A stretch of 21,158 bases of DNA from Nanobdellati archaeon (GCA_018304505.1 JAGVWA010000011.1:1-21158), one strand, 5' to 3'. Shown: positions 1 through 9,476, numbered from the stretch's first letter. A program made the numbers and translations. Notes: generated by a model not told the origin, from the sequence alone.

Positions 1-726
1 AGCAGCAGCAAAAAGATTCCAAAGGCGGACATTGAAGCTCTTGAGAACTTTATAAGCAAGCCGCAAAAGAAAACCACCGGTGCGCACGTGCCGACAGGAA
101 TGCCCCTGCTTGACGCTGAATTAGGGGGGGGCTTCATGAGCCCAGGCAGCATACTCGTAAAAGGCGCCCCTGGCACAGGAAAGACCGCGTTCTGCCTAGC
201 GATTTCAGACCAAACACTGAAAGACGGCAAGGAGGTCGTGTTCATCGTGACAAACAAATTCCCAAACGAAATAAAGCAAATGGCGAAAGAACTCGGCTAC
301 AACCTAGACAAGGCACGATTTGTCGACATGTACTCCTGGCTCGTCGGGGAGCGAAAGGGAACAATATCATCATTAGACGCGACAAGCATCCTTGAGTATC
401 TGGAAGACGAACTCGAAAAGGGGAAGCTAGAAACCGTGGTCTTCGACTCGCTGGCATCGCTCCTCTTGTACAACGACGACCGGACCGTACAGCGGTTTCT
501 CGACGCATTCAACGCCATGATCAAAGAGCAAAACGCAATAAGCCTCGTTGTTATTGAAACGGGGGTTGTCGAAAAAAGCACTGAAGAAGTTTTTGACTAC
601 CTGTCAGACAACACAGTGTTACTCGAAGAGGACAAGCTGACCCTGGAAAAAACGAGCCACGCAAAGCCCAAAAAGCGCGCATTCCGCTTCGACGTGTCCG
701 ACAAGGGCTTCCGCATCAAGGACTAG
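1..726 (+). CDS. KaiC/RAD55-family RecA-superfamily ATPase domain protein (5'-truncated by window edge)
   Basis: PTG..LD..LGGG motif, Walker A GAPGTGKT, Walker B VVFDSL. Frame 1 has no stop from base 1 (SSSKKIPKADIEALENF...), so the gene probably starts upstream of the window rather than at GTG 88. Confidence 0.85.
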   Translation, partial: SSSKKIPKADIEALENFISKPQKKTTGAHVPTGMPLLDAELGGGFMSPGSILVKGAPGTGKTAFCLAISDQTLKDGKEVVFIVTNKFPNEIKQMAKELGYNLDKARFVDMYSWLVGERKGTISSLDATSILEYLEDELEKGKLETVVFDSLASLLLYNDDRTVQRFLDAFNAMIKEQNAISLVVIETGVVEKSTEEVFDYLSDNTVLLEEDKLTLEKTSHAKPKKRAFRFDVSDKGFRIKD

Positions 727-760
727 AAAACCTTAAATTGAACCAATGCGATACTAAATT

Positions 761-3454
761 ATGCCCGCCACCGTGACCGCAGAACTAACAAAATTAGAGC
801 AAAATCTAAACAACGAAAAAGAGCAGCGGCTGGCAAAAATCCGAAAAGACGCCGAACGCATTAAAACACAACTACAGTCAGACCAGGACCCATTTCTCCG
901 ATTAAGCAATGACTTTCTTGTTCTCATAGAAGAAACCAGCAACATCCGAAACGCAATTCAGGCACAGGCAAGGGTGGAAAAATCCCAAGTACAGGGCCTT
1001 AAAGAGAAAATCAACGTACTGAACGAGAAACTCGACAAAATAAAAACAGAAGAGTCAAACACCGAAAAGGCCCTTACTAAACTCGGTGAGGCGCTCAACC
1101 GACAAATCTCCGCATTGCACAAAAAAGAACAACACGACTTAAGCCACATATCCGGAGCAATTGAAGCCCACGAGATAAAAACCGAACGGGCACAGGACAC
1201 CATCCTGGAATTAAGAGACACCCTAAGCGGGCTGAAACAAAAAACCGAAGGCATGCACACAATAATCGACATCAGCCTATCCCAATTAAACGGGAACCTC
1301 CTTGAAATTGAGCAAAAAATCAAGAATGAAGCGAAGATCGAAAACAAGGACATCAGCACCGTGAACCAGCGCGTCCATGACTTGGTCGAGCAGCTGAACA
1401 GGCTGAAGTCTGAACAGGAAGCCTCAAAGGAATCAGTAGTAAAGCTCATAAGAAACAACCAGGCCACGCTCGACGCACGCCTCACGACAATCGAGGCTGA
1501 AAAAATCGGTGTTGCTGAGGCCAAAAAACTCCTCAACGAAATTCAAGTGGCAAATGAACAAATGCAGCAACGGCTTAAAGAACAGCTCGGAAACCTCAGC
1601 ACAACAATGCGGCAACAGCTAGACTCACAATACAAACAGGCAATGACGCGCATGTCGCGGATACAAAAAACCAACACCCAGCTAAAAAACAAGGTTGGCA
1701 AAAACAGGGCCCTTGAGCAAAGCGATGTTGTCGACCTCAAAAATCACCTGCGCGAACTCGTGCTTGACATCAACAGGCTCAATGAGGCTGAAAAGGACAT
1801 CGAGTCAAGCATCATGAAAACCATTGCAGATCAGCAAGAGAAAAACCAGAAAAAAATCAAAGACATACTTGAAAAAGACCTGGAAGACACAAAAACAATC
1901 TCAGAGGCCAGGAACGCAATTGCCTCGCTCCAAAAAAGCGCCACAGAACAGCAAAATAAATTGTCCCAAATTGCAACTGGTTCAGAAGCTCAGGGCGCAA
2001 AACTCAGAGCGGCAATACAACAGCTTTCAGAAACCGCCGGCCAACTAAAAACCCAGATTGGCGATGAGCGAAGGCTTGAGCAGCAAGACCTCGCCCAGGT
2101 GCTTTCGAAAATCCAGCTTGTGTCAGAACGAATAACACAGCAGCGGGCTGAAACACAAAAACAAATCGCCCAAAGCATTGAACACCACAGGCAGGACTTC
2201 GACACAATCGACATGAACCTTAAAAATCAAACAACTAGCGTAGAAAAAATTTCCGGAATGCTGGCACAGAAAATAAACGCGCTAGAGAACACCCTCACGG
2301 ATGTAAAAACCAGTGCAACAGAAGCCCAGAAAAAAACCATTTCCCAAACAGAAGCACGGCTCAACGAATTGCGGGAGAAGCTTGAAAAATCCGCCTCGTC
2401 AAGCGAGGTCAAAAAAGCAATCGGGGCTCTCAGCGAACAGCTGAAATCAACAGACCTGCGAAACCGTGAAATCGAAAACTCTGCAAAGGAAAAAATAATG
2501 GGCCTGCAGCAGCAGCTTAATCAGGCAACCCAAGCCCTTGTGAAGGTTAAGAAAATCGATGAAATAAAAGAACAGCTCAACAAGCTCCAGGTGGCGAACA
2601 AAATGCTCCGCTCAGAAATCGATGAATCAAACCACTATCTTCTTGATGACATAATCGAACTCTCCGCCCGGGCACAGGAAACCGAAGAGCGCCTAGCCAA
2701 AGACGAAGTAATAGACCACTCTGACCTTCTGTCAATAAGGCACTCTGTCAACGAGCTAAACAAATCGCTGTCAACACTCAAGGGCATAGACAAAACCAAA
2801 CAGATCGGGGAAGACGTAAAGAAAATCGAAAACGTGCTCTCGAAGTTTTCCAAAAAAACACAACCCGCAGAGGCAACAGAATCTCTATCCGAAATAAAAG
2901 AAAAACTCATCGAGCTGAGCGGCAGGAGCGACAAAAAGGACACGGAGCTCGAACAGCGGCTTAACAGCCTGAACAAGACCCTTGAGAAACTCGCAACAGG
3001 CGAACTTGACACATCGGCAAAGCAGACCAGCGAAAAAATCGGCCGGCTCGAAAAGGAACACGAAGGCCTCCGGGAAAACAAACGCCTTATAGAAAAGCTC
3101 CAGCAAAAAACACGGGACCTTGAAGAACAACTGCAGCAAACAAAAGCAGCATCAAAACAGGACCTGCTAAAGCTCGAACAAAAAATAACGTCTATGAAAA
3201 AGGCCACACAGTCAATCAAAGAGACGGCCCAAGAAATTAAAAAACAGGAAGAAAAACGGGAAAAGCAACAGGAACCACCAGCCCCCGTTTCCGAAAAGGA
3301 GATATCACAAGACGACATACAAAAATCTGTGGGCGCGCTAAAGAAGGGCCAGGACATAGACGACATAATCGCTAACCTGAACTCGCTCGGATACTCCAGT
3401 GCACAGGTTCAAACCATACTAGAACAAGCACGCCTCACGTGGATGTACGGCTAG
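761..3454 (+). CDS. Very long coiled-coil protein (897 aa) with a small C-terminal helical domain
   Basis: E/K/Q/L-rich, almost no Pro for ~840 aa, no Walker motifs, signal peptide or TM segment. C-terminal LKKGQDIDDIIANLNSLGYSSAQVQTILEQA. TATA-like CCTTAAAT at ~731-738. Confidence 0.85.
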   Translation: MPATVTAELTKLEQNLNNEKEQRLAKIRKDAERIKTQLQSDQDPFLRLSNDFLVLIEETSNIRNAIQAQARVEKSQVQGLKEKINVLNEKLDKIKTEESNTEKALTKLGEALNRQISALHKKEQHDLSHISGAIEAHEIKTERAQDTILELRDTLSGLKQKTEGMHTIIDISLSQLNGNLLEIEQKIKNEAKIENKDISTVNQRVHDLVEQLNRLKSEQEASKESVVKLIRNNQATLDARLTTIEAEKIGVAEAKKLLNEIQVANEQMQQRLKEQLGNLSTTMRQQLDSQYKQAMTRMSRIQKTNTQLKNKVGKNRALEQSDVVDLKNHLRELVLDINRLNEAEKDIESSIMKTIADQQEKNQKKIKDILEKDLEDTKTISEARNAIASLQKSATEQQNKLSQIATGSEAQGAKLRAAIQQLSETAGQLKTQIGDERRLEQQDLAQVLSKIQLVSERITQQRAETQKQIAQSIEHHRQDFDTIDMNLKNQTTSVEKISGMLAQKINALENTLTDVKTSATEAQKKTISQTEARLNELREKLEKSASSSEVKKAIGALSEQLKSTDLRNREIENSAKEKIMGLQQQLNQATQALVKVKKIDEIKEQLNKLQVANKMLRSEIDESNHYLLDDIIELSARAQETEERLAKDEVIDHSDLLSIRHSVNELNKSLSTLKGIDKTKQIGEDVKKIENVLSKFSKKTQPAEATESLSEIKEKLIELSGRSDKKDTELEQRLNSLNKTLEKLATGELDTSAKQTSEKIGRLEKEHEGLRENKRLIEKLQQKTRDLEEQLQQTKAASKQDLLKLEQKITSMKKATQSIKETAQEIKKQEEKREKQQEPPAPVSEKEISQDDIQKSVGALKKGQDIDDIIANLNSLGYSSAQVQTILEQARLTWMYG

Positions 3455-4175
3455 CGTGAATTCCCCGTGGACGTTTTTTGCGCCCGTGTCCCTTAAGGAT
3501 TTTTTCGTGGTCGTGCTTAGTTATTTTTCCATCCTTAATAAGAAAAACATGATCATCTTTTGTAATGTATTCCGTGTCGTGGGTCACGACAACAAATGTC
3601 ACGCCGTGCTCTTTATTTAAGTTGCGCATGTACGCGAACAGCATGTTCCCTGTTCTGCTATCAAGATTCCCGGTCGGCTCGTCGGCAAGCACCACGACTG
3701 GGTCGTTTATAAGCGCCCGCGCAACGGCAACACGCTGGCGCTCACCCCCGGACAGCTCTGCAGGCCTGTGATTTATCCTGTCAGCCAGGCCAAGTTCCAT
3801 CAGCAGCTTCGCGGCCTTTTGCCGGCTTTCTTCTGTCACGCCTTCTGGATACACCGGAACAAGCACGTTTTCAATAGCGGTCAAAGCAGGCAACAAATTG
3901 AACGACTGAAACACGAATCCAATGCGGTCCCTCCTAAACAACGCCAATTGATAGTCATCAAAATCCGACAGGCGCTTTCCGTCAATGTAAACTTCGCCGC
4001 TGGTTGGGTGCATCAAGGCCCCAAGGATGTCCAGCAACGTGGTTTTTCCGCTTCCCGACGGACCAACGATGAAGGAAAATGCGCCGGGGTCAAGTTTCAT
4101 GCTAACGCCGGCAAGTGCCTCAACCCTTGTTGGGCCCTCGCCATATGTCTTCTTCGCGTTTTTTACTTCAATCAT
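3435..4175 (-). CDS. ABC transporter ATP-binding protein, LolD/MacB family
   Basis: Walker A GPSGSGKTT, Q-loop GFVFQSFNL, signature LSGGERQRVAVARAL, Walker B/D-loop LADEPTGNLD, H-loop VTHD. Overlaps the convergent coiled-coil gene by 20 nt. Confidence 0.95.
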   Translation of the reverse strand: MIEVKNAKKTYGEGPTRVEALAGVSMKLDPGAFSFIVGPSGSGKTTLLDILGALMHPTSGEVYIDGKRLSDFDDYQLALFRRDRIGFVFQSFNLLPALTAIENVLVPVYPEGVTEESRQKAAKLLMELGLADRINHRPAELSGGERQRVAVARALINDPVVVLADEPTGNLDSRTGNMLFAYMRNLNKEHGVTFVVVTHDTEYITKDDHVFLIKDGKITKHDHEKILKGHGRKKRPRGIHASRTST

Positions 4176-4274
4176 TTCACATCACATTTCATTTATTTCA
4201 CATCATATCTCATTTATTTCACTCACATTTCATTTATTTCACATCATATCTCATTTATTTCACTCACATTTCAT
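4172..4274. repeat. Tandem repeat of five 20-21 bp units (41-bp higher-order unit) between the permease and ATPase genes
   Basis: Units TCATTTCACATCACATTTCAT / TTATTTCACATCATATCTCAT / TTATTTCACTCACATTTCAT / TTATTTCACATCATATCTCAT / TTATTTCACTCACATTTCAT. Confidence 0.95.
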
Positions 4275-4280
4275 TTCAAG

Positions 4281-5450
4281 TTACTCATAATGTATCGCCT
4301 CTACTGGATCCATTTTTGCTGCGCGGTGTGCTGGATAGTACCCCCCAAACACGCCAAGGCCAATAGACAAAACAAACGCCAATAAAACCAAATCCGATGT
4401 AACCAAACCCGGAAAACCCAAAAACGAACCCAAAAGCACAACAATTATCGAACCAACTATGATTCCAATAATACCACCAATGACGCTCATAAACATCGAC
4501 TCAAACAACACCAGCTTCTGAATGTCCTTAGCCGTCCAACCAAGGGCCTTCAGGATTCCGAATTCCTTGGTTCTCTCAATAACGCTCATCAACATCGTGT
4601 TTAGGATACCAATAGCTCCAACCAAGATCGCGATCATCGAAACCGTAAAAAAGAATGCATCCAACGAAGACAAGATGGAGCCAGCCTGCTCGCCAAAACC
4701 GGCCCCCGTATCAGCTTTCAGCTCGTCCTCATACCGAAAGTTAATCTTCGATGCGACTTTTTCCGCGTCATTTGGATCTTTAAGTTCCACATAGAACGAT
4801 GCGGCTTGATCATCTTGAAGGCTCCTGAATTTACGGGCAGGCTCTATCGGAATCATGACTGCACGATCAACAAAATTTGAGCCGGTGCTGTAAATGCCTA
4901 CTACTTTCATGCTGATTCCGTTGATGTCAAGGGTTGTCCCAACATTAATCTTGAACTCTTCAGCTACCGGCTTTCCAACAACAACCGCGTTTTTGTCGTT
5001 GTTGTTCAGAAAACGCCCGCGCGTTATTGGCGGATTATACAACGAGCCCTTGACAAGCTGCGAATTCTTTGCTGGGTCCAAACCGAAAAATGGCAACGCG
5101 CCGCCAAATGGGGCCGCCCGCAACTCATGTGCCTTTCCGCCGAGGCTTGTTATAAAACCGCCGACGCTTGGCGCTACTATGCGCACTTCTGCAAACTTTT
5201 CAATCTCCGCAGCGCGCTTCATGTCAACAATACTGAAAACGTCGTCCACTGCCCCATCTTGCAAAACCACCACGCCTTGTATCTGCGTCAGGATCCCGGT
5301 TATGTTTTCACGCAAACCCGCGGAAATCGAAATCAGGCCCACGACGCCGACAATCGCAATGATAACGCCGATTAAAGCAAGAAGTGTTCTCGATTTTTTT
5401 ATCCACAAGTTCTGGTATGCAAACTTATATACGCCGGTAGTCTCTACCAA
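4281..5450 (-). CDS. ABC transporter permease, MacB/FtsX-like
   Basis: N-terminal RTLLALIGVIIAI TM, extracellular domain with GRFL...AVVVG, GILNTMLMSVIERTKEFGILKALG, C-terminal PAHRAAKMDPVEAI. TTG start preceded by GAGGT SD-like sequence. Confidence 0.93.
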   Translation of the reverse strand: MVETTGVYKFAYQNLWIKKSRTLLALIGVIIAIVGVVGLISISAGLRENITGILTQIQGVVVLQDGAVDDVFSIVDMKRAAEIEKFAEVRIVAPSVGGFITSLGGKAHELRAAPFGGALPFFGLDPAKNSQLVKGSLYNPPITRGRFLNNNDKNAVVVGKPVAEEFKINVGTTLDINGISMKVVGIYSTGSNFVDRAVMIPIEPARKFRSLQDDQAASFYVELKDPNDAEKVASKINFRYEDELKADTGAGFGEQAGSILSSLDAFFFTVSMIAILVGAIGILNTMLMSVIERTKEFGILKALGWTAKDIQKLVLFESMFMSVIGGIIGIIVGSIIVVLLGSFLGFPGLVTSDLVLLAFVLSIGLGVFGGYYPAHRAAKMDPVEAIHYE

Positions 5451-5451
5451 A

Positions 5452-6942
5452 CTACCTCACCTTTTTCTTGGATTCATCCATTTTCCGTTTCCTACGATAT
5501 ATATAGTAAGAAATGGCCACAGCTAACGCCAAGAAGGCGATCACGCCGAGGTTATTATTAGCCGCATGAACATAAACCGCCGCCTTAACCGTCTTTGAGT
5601 AGGCGTTTCCATTGTTGTCTTCATATCCAACTAGAACCGAAAACTCATTGTCGCCGAGCTTCGTCGTAGTCAGGTCGAAAATCGCCGTGTCTGTATCATC
5701 AGCATCAATTGTCCCCATGAATGATTCCCTGATCCCGATAACTTTCTCTTCTAAAAGCGTTGCTCTTACTGATCGCGCACTTCCTGTCCCAATGTTTTCT
5801 AATTGTATGGAAACACTAAACGGCTTTCCAGATATTACCTGCTCAACGTCGGTTGTTACTCCTGCCCCTCGCAGATCTGGAATTCCGTCCACAACAAGTG
5901 CTGCTGCTTCGCGCTGCGATTTTTCCGCAGCATCAATGATGATTGTCATTGGGTAGATACCACTGGCGAGCGCCCTGTCGGCGCGCACAGAAAACGTTAC
6001 CTGTCGCGACTCTCCTGGACGCAGGTTCCCGAGGTATAACGAGTTATCAGCAATGGATAATGAAATATTCGTTAGCAGCGAAACCTTAACATCAGAGAAG
6101 GTTGCCTGGCCCCGATTTGTCACAATAAAGCCCACGTCTGCTTGTTTTCCGGGTTCAATGCTGGTAACGACATCTGAGACATCCAGCTCTGCCCGCGAAG
6201 CAACCTGCAAAACAAATGACTTGTTCACTTGCTGCCCATCATAATCAACTGAAACAACCGCTGGATACGCCCCAGGATCGGCAAACGGCGTTACCTCACC
6301 GTCAATGACAACCATAGCTGCTGAACCCGCCCCTATGATAGCCGTCCGTTTCGGCATGCTGGTAAGCACATTGATGTACGGCGCATTTAAAATCAGGTCT
6401 GTCATTACGTTCGCCGCCGGAAAACCACCATTGTTCAACAGTGTGACGTTTATAGTGAATAAATCGCCCACGGATATGCTGGGCGTCATTATAATAGCGT
6501 CAATTTCGACACGCGGGGAGCTCTCGACGCTCATGGAAACATAACGCGTTGATACCACATTGATACCCTTGTTGGTTTCCGTAAAATAAAACGTCACTGG
6601 AACTGAATAAATCCCGGGGTCGACGTTTTCCACATTGAACCTAAAATACAGTGTGTACTGGTCATTTGGATTGATCTCCAACAACTCCACCGTGTCCTTG
6701 ACCGCAACAAATCCATCTGGGAAACTCGCCACGGCCTTTACGTTGGTGTATTTCGCATTGCCGTGGTTGATTACGTCGACCTGAAGCGTTGCGCCGGCCG
6801 TGTCGGGCTCTATTTCTGCGGGGAACGTCCTAGAATTTGAAATGCTCAGGGCGCTGCTGGCCGGATAATAGGTAGAGGCGTTCTGCGCAATCACTGACGC
6901 CAAAAGAAACACCAATACAAAAAGCACCTTATAATTTGACAT
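5452..6942 (-). CDS. COG1361-like S-layer-domain / CARDB-Ig repeat surface protein, first gene of the ABC operon
   Basis: Signal peptide MSNYKVLFVLVFLLASVIA, repeated NxGxxxAxNV / GNLRPGES Ig-like modules, C-terminal TM followed by YRRKRK. ATG 6942 chosen because a TATA (TTTAAAT, ~6964-6970) lies ~25 bp upstream. Confidence 0.85.
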   Translation of the reverse strand: MSNYKVLFVLVFLLASVIAQNASTYYPASSALSISNSRTFPAEIEPDTAGATLQVDVINHGNAKYTNVKAVASFPDGFVAVKDTVELLEINPNDQYTLYFRFNVENVDPGIYSVPVTFYFTETNKGINVVSTRYVSMSVESSPRVEIDAIIMTPSISVGDLFTINVTLLNNGGFPAANVMTDLILNAPYINVLTSMPKRTAIIGAGSAAMVVIDGEVTPFADPGAYPAVVSVDYDGQQVNKSFVLQVASRAELDVSDVVTSIEPGKQADVGFIVTNRGQATFSDVKVSLLTNISLSIADNSLYLGNLRPGESRQVTFSVRADRALASGIYPMTIIIDAAEKSQREAAALVVDGIPDLRGAGVTTDVEQVISGKPFSVSIQLENIGTGSARSVRATLLEEKVIGIRESFMGTIDADDTDTAIFDLTTTKLGDNEFSVLVGYEDNNGNAYSKTVKAAVYVHAANNNLGVIAFLALAVAISYYIYRRKRKMDESKKKVR

Positions 6943-6959
6943 GATAAAACAAATAAGAC

Positions 6960-7000
6960 AGGATTTAAATAACTTGCCCACTAAGAAGTTTTTTATACGC
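6960..7000. promoter_or_regulatory. Divergent archaeal TATA promoters
   Basis: ATTTAAATA at ~6963-6971 serves the minus-strand operon. TTTTTATA at ~6990-6997 lies ~24 bp before ATG 7021. Confidence 0.6.
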
Positions 7001-7020
7001 GACAAGCGTTGTTAGGCTGC

Positions 7021-8568
7021 ATGAAAAAAGCGGTATTACTCCTCATGGCTCTGTTGCTCGCCACGGGCTTCGCCCAGGCCAAGATAGTTTCGCCAAAAAG
7101 CGGCTCAACATTCCACGTTGGTGAAGAGATCAGGCTCATCGGCTTTGTCGGTTCAAACACCTCGTGCTCCGGAACAAGTTACCTGAGTGTCAATGACCAG
7201 CTCGTAACGCAGACAACACGGCGCTTCTATGCTGGCGAAATCATGTCGCTTGAAGGCCTTTTTGGAAACAACTCACTTCCAAACTCGGCGGGAAACAAAA
7301 ACCTTAAAATCTACTCAGACTGTTTCCTGGGCCTCAACATAGCTTACACCGTGGAAAATAACCTCGACATAATTTATTCCTTGAACAGGCAACAGGCGAT
7401 GCTAAACGACGAGATCGCCATCAGCGCTTACGCCTTTACTGACACGCAGCTCTGGAGCATAACGAAAATCCAGTCTGGCAAGACAGAATACATCGACAAC
7501 GCGGTTTTCAGTTTCAGCTCTGCCGGTGAAAAAACCATCTCCTTGAGCGCACAGGACCAGTATGGAAACAAAAACAACCTAACTCTCATTATTGACATTT
7601 TCGATGAACTGGCTCTCGATGTCAACCCTGGCAAGACAACAGCAGAGCCGCTCGAGATCATTCCAATAAGCTTAACCGCTAAAGACTCCTTTGGGCAACC
7701 CAGGGTGACGAACATAACCATTGCCGGCTTCGGCACCACCACTACCAGGGAAATAAACGGCGAACAGACAATCGATATAATTGCGCCCCAAATAACGGCG
7801 CCCGGAAACTACACAATAACAGTGAAAGCCGACTCGAACGGAAATACGGCAGAAAAAACAATTAGCGTCCTCGTCAAGGCCATTACCTCTCTCGTCGTCC
7901 TGTCCACGAACAAATACCAGTTTTCGCCTAATGAAAAACTAGAGGCCACGGTTACTGCACTAGACCAATCAGGCGGTCCTGTAAACGGAAACGCGATCTT
8001 GGAAATCAAAACCGATGCGGGAACGGCCCTCTACTCAAAAGAAGTCGCCAGCGGCGCGACAGAGCAAATCATCCTAACGAACTACTTTCCAGCTGGCACA
8101 CTAACGGTTTTCGCAACGCTCGGCCAGAAACAGGCGCAGCGGCAGGTATATCTGAATCAGGAAGCTGCAGTTGATGGCTCAGCAGAAGTTACTGCAACTG
8201 GTGTGCTCGAAACCACAGTAACAAACACAGGGAACATTCAGGTTGACAGCACCGTCATACAGGTATGCGATGATGAGCAGTGCCGTGAGACGACAATCAC
8301 TGGCTTAACGCCAACTGATTCTGAAAGGCGCGTGTTCACAAATGTTAAAGGAACCCCAACGATAACGGTGACGCATGACGGCGAAAGTGCAAACATTCCC
8401 GTAAAAACACAGGCCGTGTCGGCATTCTCTCCAACCGGCCTGGCAACCGGCGCAATGGCAGTGAAGGACAACTACGTCATGATCCTGACGATCCTCGTGG
8501 TTCTTTTGGCCATTGTTTACGCAAGACGATGGCGCATGGGTGGCCAGATGAACCCATTCAGGCGATAA
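7021..8568 (+). CDS. Secreted, membrane-anchored surface protein with tandem Ig-like beta domains
   Basis: Signal peptide MKKAVLLLMALLLATGFAQA, Thr/Asn-rich beta-strand pattern (AQDQYGN, PGNYTITV, TNTGN), PTGLATG motif, then C-terminal TM and basic YARRWR. Confidence 0.85.
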   Translation: MKKAVLLLMALLLATGFAQAKIVSPKSGSTFHVGEEIRLIGFVGSNTSCSGTSYLSVNDQLVTQTTRRFYAGEIMSLEGLFGNNSLPNSAGNKNLKIYSDCFLGLNIAYTVENNLDIIYSLNRQQAMLNDEIAISAYAFTDTQLWSITKIQSGKTEYIDNAVFSFSSAGEKTISLSAQDQYGNKNNLTLIIDIFDELALDVNPGKTTAEPLEIIPISLTAKDSFGQPRVTNITIAGFGTTTTREINGEQTIDIIAPQITAPGNYTITVKADSNGNTAEKTISVLVKAITSLVVLSTNKYQFSPNEKLEATVTALDQSGGPVNGNAILEIKTDAGTALYSKEVASGATEQIILTNYFPAGTLTVFATLGQKQAQRQVYLNQEAAVDGSAEVTATGVLETTVTNTGNIQVDSTVIQVCDDEQCRETTITGLTPTDSERRVFTNVKGTPTITVTHDGESANIPVKTQAVSAFSPTGLATGAMAVKDNYVMILTILVVLLAIVYARRWRMGGQMNPFRR

Positions 8569-8675
8569 CCTGCCCAAGAGATACGGTGCTTGTCAGTCCG
8601 CCTATCAATCTTCATTCAAAAAGTCAGGTACTCAAAATCTTCATCATCCAAGCACATTTATTATTGCGTGAGATA

Positions 8676-8686
8676 CTTTTATAAAC
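8676..8686 (+). promoter_or_regulatory. TATA box of the tRNA gene
   Basis: CTTTTATAAAC ~28 bp upstream of the tRNA 5' end. Confidence 0.65.
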
Positions 8687-8712
8687 CCCTCTTTTCAGAA
8701 CCCTTATTGCAT

Positions 8713-8787
8713 AGCGGGGTGGGGCAGCCAGGAGTGCCCGTCGGGCTCATAACCCGAAGGTCAGTAGTTCAAATCTACTCCCCGCTA
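8713..8787 (+). tRNA. Initiator tRNA-Met (CAT), archaeal type, CCA not encoded
   Basis: Acceptor stem AGCGGGG/CCCCGCT with A1-U72, anticodon arm TCGGG-CTCATAA-CCCGA with three consecutive G-C pairs, T-loop TTCAAAT, discriminator A. Confidence 0.97.
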
Positions 8788-8882
8788 TCTTGTTTTGTCA
8801 AAATCCTTTTATACAAACCTTGTGTCTTTGAGACATGACACTTGGGCAGAGTATGAAACGCGGCCTCGTTCCGGGGCACGCC

Positions 8883-9138
8883 TTAATCGTAGACCCGGGA
8901 TCTTTTGTCCAGTTTCATGACAACGATTTTTTTGCTTGAATAGTCAATCCTATAAAGTGCCCTGTAATTACCTATTCTAACCCTAAAAACCCCGTGCTCA
9001 CCGGTTATTGTGGTGGCATTGTGTGGAACTGGGTTCTCCCCAAGCGCACCCTCAATTTTATTTATTATTCTGCTAGCTGTGTGTTTATCATGCTTGTCTA
9101 GAAATTTTTCTGGCTGTGTCATAAAAAATTTCAAACAT
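8883..9138 (-). pseudogene. RelE/ParE-family toxin, frameshifted near the 5' end
   Basis: Core FRVRIGNYRALYRID...KRSRVYD. The natural start ATG 9138 overlaps the antitoxin stop (TGATG) and reads MFEIFYD, but the RelE body (QPEKFL...) is in another frame. Confidence 0.75.
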
Positions 9139-9335
9139 CATAGTCCCAATTTCTTTCTCAATTCTTTGCTAGAAAGTAGCGTTCCATCCTTCTGGTTCTT
9201 GTGGCTTTCTTCCAGAAGTTGTTCTTCCTCTTTAGTTAATCGTGTATCTTCTATGTATTCCATTATGTAATTTATGGTCTTCTCCATGTGCACCAATTTC
9301 CCCATAATTTGTTTTTCAAAGGTTGCTTCTGCCAT
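9138..9335 (-). CDS. Antitoxin of the RelE-type TA pair
   Basis: 65 aa, directly upstream of and translationally coupled to the toxin. LTKEEEQLLEES and ELRKKLGL C-terminus typical of archaeal RelB-like antitoxins. TATA TTTAAATA at ~9361. Confidence 0.8.
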   Translation of the reverse strand: MAEATFEKQIMGKLVHMEKTINYIMEYIEDTRLTKEEEQLLEESHKNQKDGTLLSSKELRKKLGL

Positions 9336-9476
9336 TATAATTATTATTTGCTAATTCCTGTTTAAATACCGATCTAAAATTTCTTTAAAAACAACAGCTA
9401 CGGTGATGCAGCCTCCAGACACCGGTTATGCCCGTTTGTCAAAATCCTTATAAACACGCCGTGTTTCAGTTGTAAC

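Noticed and set aside
761-3454. SMC/Rad50 call for the coiled-coil protein
   Set aside because: No Walker A/B, ABC signature, hinge or CxxC hook.
4172-4274. Possible CRISPR array (also considered at 13631-13726 and 18260-18437)
   Set aside because: Repeats are contiguous or irregular with no unique constant-length spacers, and no cas genes are present.
958-6544. Numerous antisense ORFs (e.g. 958..1536, 2635..3366, 3768..4385, 4894..5526)
   Set aside because: Shadow frames of well-supported genes on the opposite strand.
8590-8838. 82-aa ORF spanning the tRNA
   Set aside because: Overlaps a bona fide tRNA gene and its promoter.
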